From Bilabrum cf. latius (lineage: Eukaryota), in assembly GCA_965178125.1 (NCBI GenBank), contig OZ237742.1:1054001-1118000 (forward strand): 64,000 nt of DNA, written 5' to 3'. The notes under the pieces are model-generated. The model did no database searches, was not told where the DNA came from, and saw nothing but the letters and a program-made list of their open reading frames with translations. Position numbers and translations under genes: made by a program. Position 1 is the first letter of the stretch; each line of letters begins with the position of its first letter. This document shows positions 13,001 through 25,231 of the stretch, piece after piece.

Positions 13001-15364
13001 AGTGGCAGCCGTGACGCGGCTCCAGATCGTGTGCGCCACGATGACCTGGCAGGTGCACCTGCGCACGAGCCGAACGCATATGGAAGGACAGCATCGCTAC
13101 TCGATGGGTCGGGCAAGATTGCCATCGCGGGTGGGGAAGTGCAGCCAAATCCTGCAGGCGATCGGGCCAGAGATGCTGCTCACGATATAGCTGGCGAAGA
13201 AATGGACCCAGCCATTACTGCACTGCTCCACCAGCAGGCTCATGTTTCCACTGGCAACGAGAATCCATCTGATGCAGCGGATCCGAACACGGCCCGACCC
13301 ACAAGAAGGAAAAGACGGCAGATGTCTCCAAAGAATAGTAGCCATCCACATAACGTATTTCCAGTTGTGCCTACTGGTCACGCGCAGCTTCAGTCGCACA
13401 TTCGAGCGGTACGTGCTCCCGTTGGCAGCGAGGCTCTCACGGGGCTGCAGCTATCTGCAAACACCCACTCACGAGCGCATGCAGGGTCGATATCGCGCCA
13501 GAGGCCGCAATCAGCCGCCATCAGGAGACCTAAGCCAGCCAGGCACAACTCAGGAGTACCTCCGAGCCAGGCGCCACCGACAGCGATTGGAAGAGATGCC
13601 ATTTCGCATGGGGCGCACAGACGAAGTCGGCCGCAATCTGCACGATACGGAAGTGCATCTGGAAAGTTAGTTAATTGGGGGCACGGTGTTCAGGGCGAAA
13701 GCAGCGCGTTGTAGGCTCGTGCGACACAGCGCGTTTAGTTGCCGCCCTCACTCAGGGCAGAGCGCCCAGCTAGCTTTGTGCCTGCAAGTGGAGCCAGCTG
13801 TGGTCTATTAGTTGCCTCTACCGGTTTGCGTGGAGTTAATGGCCGTGCTAGTCCTACCAGTTCTCTCAAGACACCAAATAGAATTGTTTTAAGGCCAACG
13901 AGCGCGGTCGGCGCACGAGTCGCAGCAGCAGCACGTGGCTCCTCTGGCGTTGCGATACGCGCTCCAACCCGTGTTGTGCCGCAGTCTGATGTAGAGGAGA
14001 ATACTGCTCTGCCAATTTCAGAGAGCGAAAGGGCTGCAGTGACAATTCCTCCCTCGCTGGCTCCTTCTGCGGTGCAATCACCAGCCAGCACACCTTCTGG
14101 TGCAAGACACGAGGATACGTAGCGGTCGCCCAATGCATGGGCTGCATCAAGCCCTGGGATCGTTAGCCCCCACAGAAGTCGCGGCCAGCGAGATCCACGG
14201 AGGCGACCGGTTAGCGCTCAGCGAACCAGAGAAAGGAGGGTGGCAAGGGAGATGGTGAGGCAGGAGGCGCTCGCCTTGCCATCTGCTGGCAGCCCGGTCG
14301 GCCGCTATAATCAAAGGCTCGGATCAAGCGCCCGATCTATGGACCAACCAAGCTCTCCTCACCCACGAGCAGCCGGGAGTCTGGACAAGGGCTCTGCGGG
14401 CATTGGCTTGGAAACGAATGGGGAGAAACCATCCCAGACCGCCAGCAATCACTCTACGGCTCTAGTATAGAGGGTGGGGCTTGCCTCTTCCGGTCCGTCG
14501 AGTCCGAGCCCATTGCCGTGGAATGCAACGACGGGCACGAGTTCGAGGAAATCTCCGAGAAGGAAGGGTGGTCCTATGTCTGGTGTTGGTTTCTTGGTGA
14601 AAGGACGCGGAGAGACGGCGGGGCACCAGAGCGTGTCTGTGCTAGAGAGCAGAAGCAGAGCGCGCAATGCTGTACAATCTCCAGCCTAGCTTGCCCGCGG
14701 CATAAAGCAAGTAGGTGCCAAGCATATAGGATTTATATTCTAGGACGAAGGGCGCACAGAGGTCGACAGGGCGCATGAGATGCTGGGCGTCTTGCCTGGC
14801 TGGGCACAGCCACTGTCGCCACGAAGCAAAAGAGCGATGCGAGCTCGCAAGCGCGGCAAATTCGGAAACTCACACGAGAAGAGGGTCATCAGCCCTGCGG
14901 GAATTAGTCAAGCACCTTCAGGTGACCTGGTCAAAGCAGTCACGTTGCCTGCACGTGTGGGCGAACTACCGGGGCCTGACATTGGTATTGGCAGCAGGCT
15001 TGATCTAGGTACAGCGGAAGCCGTGGAGACCGAGGAGCCCGCGAAAAGAGATATTGTCCATGCAGAGATCGATACAAGCATGGACGTAGACCTCGAGGCA
15101 TGCGAGCAGGTTGCTAAAGGGAGTGATGGGGGCAGCCTTGTTGCAGTACAAGCGCAAGGTGCATCCAGCGACGGGCACAGGGAGCCAGCTGTCAAGCCAG
15201 CTCGCCAAACTGCTGCTCCACCTGCGCCAAGGCGGCCAGTGGCGCCGCCCCCCGACAGGTCTGCCTTGATCGAGGAACAAGTCCATTTGGTTGTAGGCCC
15301 TCAGGAGCCGCTCGTGAATAGGTCTCGCAACGTTTCGGCTAGCGGCTCTGAGCAAGCTTCATGA
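10088..15364 (+). CDS. Large low-complexity basic protein (~1,758 aa) with recurrent RPxSA motifs; TAG=Gln
   Basis: Track ORFs at 10115, 11072, 11963, 12341, 13739, 14240, 14474 and 14780 are all in one frame; the gaps read by hand contain only TAG; ends in TGA. Motifs RPASA, RPQSA, RPPSA, RPRSA, RPVSA, RPTSA and one FGKAPRF. Confidence 0.75.
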
Positions 15365-15564
15365 CCGATTCGGGAGACTGGGTAGATCCTAGTCCGATTC
15401 GAGCTGCCAAATGGCCAGTCAATGGACGCATGTTGTAGCTTCATTCCGATTGATGCTCGAGAAGCGCTGCAGTTACAAGGAGAATTGTAAACGTATTCAA
15501 TGCACGGATCGGGCGAACCTCTGCAGATGTTGAGATCTAGATTCTGATCCTGATCTGACCCTGA

Positions 15565-18500
15565 TCAGGCGATAGTATCAGTCCCAAAACTCATGCTTTC
15601 GTCACCCTCTCCATCTGATTCAATCACACTTGGTAGTGATACCCTTGCCAACCCAAAGGCAGCTGCTGATACGCGGTGGCTTGAAGCCTTTGTTGGCTCG
15701 CGGGTCTCGTCGGCCGGCGACAGCTTTGAAGGAGTCGCGCCACTGGCAGCATCAAGTGCGCCAGCCTGCTAGATATCGCCTGTAAACCCTACTCCTCCAG
15801 AGCCTATTCCAAGACTACAATGTGAACTAAACTGCGTGCCATCCGCTGCATCTTTCGCACCTCCAGCTTGGGACACGTTGCGACCTCGTCGAATACTGCG
15901 GCCACTAGCAGCAGCGCTGTGAGCGTGCTCACGCGCTTCTGAACTGGAGCGCGCCATTGCTTTGGCTTCAAACTTTGTCAAAGCCTTGCTTGACGCGCCT
16001 TCAGAAACTCCAGCGACCCGAAGGTCCCTAAAAGCCGCTTGTCGCACCGACTACCGTTGCAAAGCTTCCAGGGAAGCCCGGCCGAGCGTCGACTGCAACA
16101 GGCGAAACTTGACACGAAATCGTCTTGCAAACAGCTCAAGCATCGCACGTACACGCTTTATAGTGATTCGCTTGCGGAGCAATGCACGAATTCGCCCCGT
16201 GGAACGCGGTTTTGGCATCTCGGCGCGCCTCTAAGCACCTGCACTTGTAGCACCGATGGTTGGCTGTTCATCGCCCAAGTACTCTCCCTCAATGTGGCCA
16301 TTCACCGGTCCACAGCGCTCTAAATGAAGATCTAGCCTAGTATCTACCCAAGTAGGTCCGGATGATGTCAGTCTGGATGATGAGGACGTGGAGCGGCCTT
16401 CGTAGTCTGCTTGGCTCGCCTGCTGGCTAGCTCCTGGCAGCGGCTATAGTGGCACCTTTCTGGACACCTCAAGGGAAGCATCTTCGTCATTTTGACCCCC
16501 TGGACTTACAGTTCCGTTCTAATCGCACTCAATACCATCGAAGCGACCCAAATCATGAGCGATATGTTCCTAGCTGTCGGAGTGCATCGCCACGTCGGCG
16601 GCTGCGCCCGAGAAAGGATCGTCGGTGGCCCACCGTCGCTTTGTAAACTCTGGTCTCTGCACCAGCTACAGCCAGCGGGTACCAGCTGGCAATTGCTGTG
16701 ATGTTGGCTGGACCAGACCCTCGGTGCGCACCTGTGACTCTGTGAAAGACCGGAGTGCTGAAGCTGTGGGGTCAGCGCCATGGCTAGTTGAGCTTCTCTA
16801 GCGATGCAATACGCAATCCAGCGCCTCTACGCCGGACTGTGAGGGTGGAAACAGCCATGGATGCACGGCTAGCACGCCGGCATCATACCGCTATTCAACG
16901 GATACCTCGAGCAAACCCCGTAATAAATCCAAGCACTCCGGGCTCAGGCTTGCAGGGAGCAGATGCCAGCTGACTCTGCCCCGCCGAGCCGCAGCAAGCT
17001 AACCAGCCTCCGAATCGCCTTCGAACGGCATTCTGCCAGCCAGCAGCCAGAACAGGGTCACTCCCAATGACCAGTAGTCGCTGGCCCTCTGCCCCTGGTG
17101 CTTGAAGAGCTCAGGGGCCATGAAGAGAGGAGTGCCTGCGATGCCTGCAACGAATGGCTGGTTTTCACGGTACATTCGGCCCTGCCGTGCACTCCGGGTC
17201 GTCTATTGTGCACTCGCATCAGATTCACGGTGAGCAGCAGAGTCTCTGGTCTTCCTGGATGATACTGTCCGAACCCAGCTGGCCATCGCGGCTCCGTCGT
17301 GTTTAGTGAGGCTAGACACCTTCTTTGCGAGCACATTGCCACCGGATGTACGCTGTTCAAGAGATTTTGAGTCACGATGAAGTCCGTGGCGACGGATAGC
17401 ATCAGCAGCGAGATCAACAGTGCCCGAGCTATCTGCGGAAACAATCTGCACGCGGTGCACTTCATACCCGGAGCTGTCTTCGTCAATAGACCCGCAGGGG
17501 TCTGCTACGCTTCGCTTAGTTTTCTCTGCCTCAAGCCTCGACTGTGAAGTGCGACTTGATGTGCTCGTAGACTATCCTGAGGCAGCTTGGCTAGTAGGCA
17601 TGGTAGCAGATACCGGGACAGGAACGGAGCTAATGTGCATTGCTGCATACGGCCTGGTGGCTGTTCCAGTCACTTTGTTGCTGCTGCTCGGCAAAACAAC
17701 TTTGGACAGGCCAACGGCGCGATGGAGAAGCGCTTCTTCGCAGCCAAGCAGCTAGTTGGATGGCACGGCAAGCGATGCTCTGCCGCCGCGCCGCGGGTCT
17801 GTGATGAGCGACCTGGCGCGTGCCTCCCGCAGGACTGATTCTGCGCGAGTACGAGCTGAACTCCAAACCGACGACCAAGCATGTTTAAGATCCGGCGACG
17901 TTGCAGCACCGGAAAGAATATCATGTGGATCATCTATGTCTGAGCCAGCATACCCTGAGTGACTGCTCAAGCTCCACTCGTCAGATCCCTGCTCTGCTAC
18001 AAACAACTTCGGCACTAAAGACTACCACTTGAAACCGTCCTCGCAGTGCGTTGAATGGGCGGGTGATGTGACTGCAGCTGCAGCGAGGGCAATGGCATCA
18101 ATATCTTCACTTAGACCAGACTCAAGACGGGAAGTAGCCCCACTGGAGTCTACAAGCCTCCTCGCAGCCATTTCGCAGGAGGTTCTCACGGCTTCAATGA
18201 CTTCCAACTTCTTCGATCTTGGCGCACCTTCCGTTGCTCTCGACGCCTTCGTCGATGTGGGGCGCTGCTTCCCAGAATTCAAGCATTCCATTACGAAAAC
18301 GATGTCAAATAGCATTGAATCCTTTTCTAGAAGAACGTTCAACGCATCGACGGACGCCACCGCGGTTATTGCTAGGTAAAGCTGCTGCACTGAAGCAGAG
18401 GCATTCATCTGGTCAGCTAACTCGCTCGTCTCACATCCAGTCAAGTTTACTATAAGTACAGTGGCATGACGCACGATTACCTGAGCCCCGTCACCCTTTA

Positions 18501-21500
18501 GATTGTCAGGAGCATGCAAGAGCGGTAGCACCAGATGAAGATCGTCATGCAGGTCGATTCGAATTCGCTTCCAGAGCTGACCCTTACGTGATCCCTGCGG
18601 ATTGTTGGCTAACCTTACATGGTGTGTTCTGCTGTCGACTCTGCTCTGCTGCAGCATAGGCATCTATAGCTTGGCTCCTTCAAGGCCAGACGGCGGCTGT
18701 GCACTGCTGCGCTGCATCGTTCTAGTTAAACCATAGTCCAGCAAACGGGCCCTAATTCCGTGCTCTAGCACAATATTTGAAGGCTTAATATCCCTGTGTA
18801 GCACTCCGGCTCGATGCATGCCTGCAAGAGAGCAGCTCAACTGCCTTGCAATGACCCTCACAGCCCCCTCCTGCATGCGCCATCGGCCCGGACGCGAGTG
18901 CACGAGCGCAGCTAAGTCCTTCCCGTCCACAAGTTCCATCACGATTCCCACTTCGCCATCCCCTATCACCACACCTTCCAGCCTGCAGGCGCCAGGGACG
19001 CCGTGCCCGGCACACCGCAGCATTGCCAGGATCTCGCTGCGAACCACGTCAGCGTTCATCTACGCATGCTGGCCAGAGTAGCCAGCAGAGAAAGAATGAT
19101 GATCAGAACATTGTGAGCCCTGAGCGCGGCCACGAAGCTTCTGCGTGATCTTTAGGGCGTACTGTTTCCCGGTGGACAGGTGCACAGCGTGGTACACCCT
19201 AGCGAATCCACCTTCGCCCAAGACCTTCAACCGCTTAAACTCGTGCATCCGGAAGCGTGGAAGGCTGGGCAAATCAATGGGCATTGCGTTGCCAGTTGAT
19301 GATCTGGAATTTGAAGATGCTTCAGCTGGTTGAAGCCCAGGCGCAGAAATTGCCACTACATGTTCGTCAGCATTAGACTCATTTATCACCAGAATATGCA
19401 CGCTCAGTTTGCTCGCGTGCGGTATTCTAGCCGCTACTATCTCTGAACTTTGGAATTCACCTGAACCCAGTGAAGCAACCGCAGTGAATCCACTGGCGTG
19501 ATCTGAGAAGCTTCTATCGGGAATCAACAGCTGTTCTGGCTGAGGCCGTGACGGTTGCACACGTTGCGCGGCTATCGCAAAGCGAGCCCACGAGCTTATC
19601 CATGCCAGCATCTAGGTAGAAATGCACGCATTCGTGGCTTGTGAAGCACCGCTTGGTTCTGGTCCATCTTGTGAGGGTGGCGAGGACTGGAGCAGCTTGC
19701 AACGAAGATCTTGCAGCCACCTCTGCTTCCATTCAATCCCACCGCTATCTTGACTTGCTCCTTGTGCTGAAATTGCCTCACCAGCACTACTCAGATGAAT
19801 GAAATACCGTTCAGACCCTCGAAGTTCGGCCAACCAGCTGGACTTGATCGCACCAGGGAGCGGCGTACTTATCGCTGGCACACCTACGAACCAGTGAAGG
19901 TATTCTGCCCAGAGTAGTCCATGAGACTTGGCCCCGGTATGCTCACCAGCAGGCTGCGCAGCAAACACGAACAGCAGGCCAAGCTCAGAGAATTTAGATG
20001 TCACTTCATGCGTTAAGACGGGAGACACTGCGACCTCTGCTGCCTTGGATACCGTACCTGGCTACTCGGGCGCTCGCTCGCCGAGTCGCCAGGCTAGCAG
20101 GCTGCTCTGCAGTATCGGCCTACGATCTTGCGCTGGGTCTTCATCAGTATAAAGCACAGTGGCTGGCAATGCGCCGACGACTGCTGCCTCCACCTCGCCA
20201 CTCGCAATGCCAAGCAATGGAACCAAGCTCTAGTTCATCCGCTTGAGCTCCACCTTGATTCGAAGGAAGAGCTCAGCGCTGCCTGCCACCGCTGCGGCTC
20301 GCCAATTGCACAGCCTCGTAGTTTGCCTGAGCCCATACTTTTTAGACCCACCAGACTATTGAGAGGTCTCAACAACAGCGGAAACCGGATCCTTACAGCC
20401 GTTGAAATTTCTGCCAGCGACCTGAGATCGGATCCAAGCAACGCGCACGAAGCCCAGCGGAGCCTGCATGCGAACAGCCCCATACCGGGAGCAAATCGTA
20501 TCAACCTCAGCACCTATACGCCTTCGCAGACCAAATGCCGCAACTGGGCCTGCAATGTCCGCAATGGTCAAGTAGCCCTTCAGGTACACTGTTGCAACGA
20601 CGCACTGCCCCAGGCTTGCAGTTACTACTCGAATACCACGCAGCGGATCCAGCGAGGCAGTGTACAGCTTGTGGTTGTCCAGACCATCATAGCCACAGTA
20701 ATCTCGCTGTCGACCAAGCGCTGCCTATTTTTCTATGAGTTTGAGTGGGATCAGAGTTGAGGCAGCTTCTTGCAGTCGCATCCTGGCCGCTTCAGCAACG
20801 CGAGCTGCCTGCATAGATAGCTGCTGCACACGATGAAGCGTGCGCAAGACTGCCGAGCTACGGTTCACCTAGGTCAGAACAAAATGCATTGTGTACACAC
20901 TTCCTGCAAATGTGGTTGCGAAAAGCTCGAAATCCAGTCGATCAGACCCGGCCTTCACGGGGGTGTTTGCAAACACGAGGCTACATACCCTGGCTGCTTC
21001 GCCCTAACTCCGGACCAGCGTGCCTTCCAGTAGCGCCTGCGAGATCCTAAACAACCCACTCGAAACCAGCAAGGACACGCCAAATGCAAGGGAGGCGGTG
21101 TAGATGGAGCTGCCGTACAGCCGCACCGCCCCAATGGTGAAGATTACTGCCGCCAACACTGGAGACGAATTCTGCACGTCCATCGTCCGGCTAAAGCAAG
21201 ATTTCGTTGAGATCTCCAGCAGAAACAGCACATGGAAGATTGCAACAGAGCAGATGGCAAGAAGGTAGATAAGAAGAGATCTGGTGGGATCAAGCAGACG
21301 CCCCTGCGAGTGCGCCTGCCAGCCGACTGCTGCCATAGCAATACCTGCAATTAGCCTAGGCGTGAACGATATTCCGTGGGACAGGACTGCACCGATGTCA
21401 CTCCATTCATGCAAGCCTGCAGTAACCTCAATGCTTGCCATCTGCACCGGACCGCCAACCGAGCTGAACGCCAGAGACAACCCCACGGCAGCCATCACAA

Positions 21501-24500
21501 ATCCGGAGCGTAGAGGAAGTCCGATCGTATCATGAAGCTGCACGTCTGGTGCGTCCATTTCTTTCAGCAGCACACCAACATCGGGAAGTAATACCTAGGT
21601 CACTGGCCCAAGCTCGCGTCCATAGAAATCGTCTAAAATCTAGCTGCACGTCTCAAGCATTCGAAAAACCGGGTAATGGCGACTCGAAGCCGTGTCTGCA
21701 TTGCTTGGTAGGTCTGTTGGCCCTTGCGAAATGATGGACTGAAGCCACCGTGGGGGTTTTCCTAGCTCTGCTGTACCATGCTTCTGTCTAGGGTTCCAAA
21801 TCTTGTCGGCGCTTGGGTTTCCATGTGATGGGAGCACAGCCCCGCACACCGTGGAGAGCGCAGCTTGCAAGCCACGTAATTTATCTACAGGGCTAGTTCC
21901 ATCCGCATGCTGGTTTTGACCTGGAGCAGGCAGCGCCATAGAGAAGCACGCAACCTCTGCATTTGATGAGGGAGAAGTGTCCTTGGCCGACGAAGCACGA
22001 GAGCTAACGCTTCGGATCCATTGCAGTATCCTTGCCAAGCTCTGGCGGAGCCTCTACGCATCCAAGAGTGAAACATGAGAGTCCTGGCCTGCTTTATTCG
22101 CGACACCACCCCGAAAGCGGTACGAGGACGGCGTGTTGTCTCTAGATGCTGCTGCTGCCACTGCAAGCTGCCATTGCACGACAGCTTCAATAGCTTTGGA
22201 GAGCTCTTCCAACACCCTAGACACCTTCTGCACGGTACTACGCGACGCGCATAACACGTGCGTTCTATCTGTATCAGCGGTTAGATTCGCTGAGGACCAC
22301 GATTTAGATGCTGCAAATGCGGCAAGCCTGCTGGCTTCAGCTCGCCCTCCCCCAACAGAAGCCCATTCCTGCGGCTGCTGCTTGAGCCCCAGCAGCCCCA
22401 CCACCATGGCAGACTGGGACGAGGAGGGGTAGGCGATGCCAGCCCGGAGCTAGGTGCCGCGTGATGACGCTCGGGTGGATGCCTACGCAAATCGTAGCAC
22501 GGCAGCCAGGAATGAGAGACACGTGGCCACTCTGCCCGTCCGATAGTCCATTGGTTCCCTCGTGCGACAGGGCGTGCGAAGCCCGGCTGCACAGATCCAT
22601 TGCGATTGTGAATTTGCAGAGTCTTGCTGGTCTGGTGCAAGCCAGGTGCCCTCCATTCCATCGACGCATATCGTGTCAATCCTTGTTGAATTTCCAATCG
22701 AGGCCCACCCTAGTTGGCACAAATTCGCAATTCTGACCCGCTGCTGCCCTGAAATTACGCCAAGTGATGCCGCTGCTACTGAAACCTCCGTGTCCGCGGT
22801 GGATGCCTGCTCATATGCGAGACAGATACTATGAAGCAGCCCGCGGCTAACAGCATGAAAAGTGTTGTTTCCCTACGCAGCAGGTTGAGACTACTTCCAG
22901 ATTGGGTCCAGAATGGACGCCTGTTGCGAAGGCGAAACAACCGGCGGACTGCCTTCCTATACATAATCCATACACGCGCACAGTTCCTGTACGCGCTCTA
23001 TTCCAGTTGATTTCACAGCCCCCCCTGCCGGCATGTCCGCCGAGCTTGTGACTTCGACTCGCATGCCACGGGATCTAGATGTGTTGCGGCTCTATACCGT
23101 CTGCACAGCCATGACCACCGGCCTGGCCTCGAACGCCATCACGCCTGCCTCCATGCACTCCTGGGCGAAGGGGGGCACCTGGTCCACAACAGAGTCGATG
23201 ATCACCTGCTGCTGGCGGATGGATTGAGCTTGCAAATCTCTGAGCTTCACCCGCGCCTCGGACACGCGCCACTTGACAAATGCCTGGTCTAGACCCATAA
23301 CAGACGGGTACGCCACCATGATAAACGAAGAGTAGCACACTAAATCAATAAGAGCTCCCAGTCCATTCAGCCCCAATGGGCTGAAGAAATCGTACCTGAA
23401 CTCCTAAGGAAACCGGTCGAGATCCATCCGTCCGATTGGCCATGCGTCACCAGCAATGCTTACAATTGTAAACAGGCAGACCGACCAGACAATATAGCCG
23501 GCTTGCATGGAAATCCAAGGCACAATGGCTCTGTCGAAGTCAACGGCGGCGAGAATCGGCCACATGATCGCAGTCGCGAGAGCCACGATGGTGCCTCGGC
23601 CAGGCCCGAGAAACAGATCCAGGCACACCGCGTACGTGTAGGCCAGCACGGCTGACACGACTGGGACCGCAACGGTCGAAGTGTGCTGTAAGCCAGCAAT
23701 CGAAGCCGCCAGGATTCTTGCACGCCGCTCTTGCCGTTGCACCCCGCCGCCCGCGCGGCTAGGTCTCGCAGGGCGTGCACTGCCGCTGCTGCCACTGCGA
23801 GGGCCCGGCACCGCTGCAGGGTACACGCTTGCACGAGAGAACCTCCCGTCAACGAGAGAACTGCCAACAGTAAGTAAAGAGTCCAGACGCATAGCATGAC
23901 ACGGCCGCTCTGACTGCGATGACTATTCAGTGGTCTTGGTTGAGTGGGAGGGTGAATCGCTCGAGGCAGCCACAGCCACTGATCCGCTCACCAAGCCACT
24001 GCTCGATTGCCGTATAATCTCCTTCACGCGCATTGAGCCCCCTGCCAGACTCTCATAGTTAGAAGTACTTGATAAATCGTCTCCTTTCTTCGTTTTGCCG
24101 CCAGCAGCTCTGCGATTGGCCGTGGTATTCAGATGCCCGCCCCTTGTTGCGCAGCCTGGCCACCCGCATGCCGATAGTAGGCAGGGACAGCATCCGATCA
24201 TGACACCATGGGAAGGATCAGCATCAAATAAGCACGGCCAGGTCAGTCGCAGGCAGCATCGCGACAGGGAGATGGCGGCGGCTTGGCCATCCGGGGAGCG
24301 CAGCCAGGTCGTCTGGCTGCTGCAGGAGGGCCACGAGGCCTTGCAGGCACTGCAGCAGACATCAGAAGAAAAAGGGCTCGCTGTAGAGTTGCAGTGGGCC
24401 TGCGCTGCTACCGATGCACGGTGTTCGCTGTCTGGACCGCTGCCGACTTGATTTGGAGTAAAATGGACGTGCTGTTTGGTTGCACTTGATACTGCAGTTT

Positions 24501-24753
24501 GCGCAGGTGCACCCGTTTTCGCGGCCATCACGACGGAATCCAGCATCTATGCCCATTGCTGTATGAAAAATGCGACCAGGGCCGGAAGCAGCACAATGAT
24601 AATTCCCAGCATTGTTACTTCGATTGGCTGGGCTATGAGATTAGCTGCAGGTGCTTGCCCAGCGGTGGGCGACCTAGCTCCTTGGAGAAACAGGTTGACC
24701 ATAAATATGAAAATGACTGTCGAAACTACGAAGAAGGCGCTCGTCAGTCTCAT
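15565..24753 (-). CDS. Paralogue A: multi-TM tandem pseudo-cyclase / Ser-Thr kinase fusion (~3,060 aa); TAG=Gln; 5' end uncertain
   Basis: One frame open for 9.2 kb with ~35 TAG and no TAA/TGA until 15565. Two TM clusters; cyclase-like [18 protein letters not shown] and [14 protein letters not shown]; kinase motifs [44 protein letters not shown]. Confidence 0.85.
18914..19050. repeat. 137-bp tract identical between paralogue A and C (40106-40242), diverged in B
   Basis: Base-by-base comparison; encodes [46 protein letters not shown]. Confidence 0.95.
23105..23220. repeat. 116-bp near-identical tract shared by paralogues A, B (32097-32212) and C (44144-44259)
   Basis: Direct comparison shows only 2-3 variable positions; encodes [39 protein letters not shown]. 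Confidence 0.95.
24232..24306. repeat. 75-bp tract identical between paralogue A and B (33467-33541), diverged in C
   Basis: Encodes [26 protein letters not shown] reads WLSSRSG[TAG][17 protein letters not shown]. Confidence 0.95.
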
Positions 24754-25231
24754 TGTGTGATGGTCCAATTTGATCGCGAAATGAAACGATATTGCTCGGC
24801 AGCACCACTCCTACGAACACAAGAGTTGAAATAGCAAAGTCTGTGGCAAAAAAGCAGCATTGTACCACCAAAAGTATCACATTAATTTGCAAAAGCAATG
24901 CCTCTTTGATGGGCAGACTGTGAAAGCACTTGGCACGTACAATTGGTATCGACGGAGGCAGGACGACCTCACTCGTGGCAGCAGCTTAAATCGCCAGTAC
25001 GCCCCGGCAATACGGGGTAGATGTGTCCTAAAAATACTAAACACGCAGTATCGCTTGGCGAATTCGTTCGCTTGCTTCGTAAATTGACCAAACATCAAGA
25101 ATTCCGCTGCTCATTCAACGCTCGTCACACAAGAAGTAGTCGCAATCATGGATCGGATTAAGCCCGCACGTGGTCGCCAAAACCACCTTAAATTAATCGA
25201 GAAATCGAACTATTGCGCTATAGCAAGATTT

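Noticed and set aside
15526-15570. GATC-rich micro-repeats near convergent 3' ends (also 4770-4795)
   Set aside because: Short, imperfect and only two instances; indistinguishable from simple-sequence noise.
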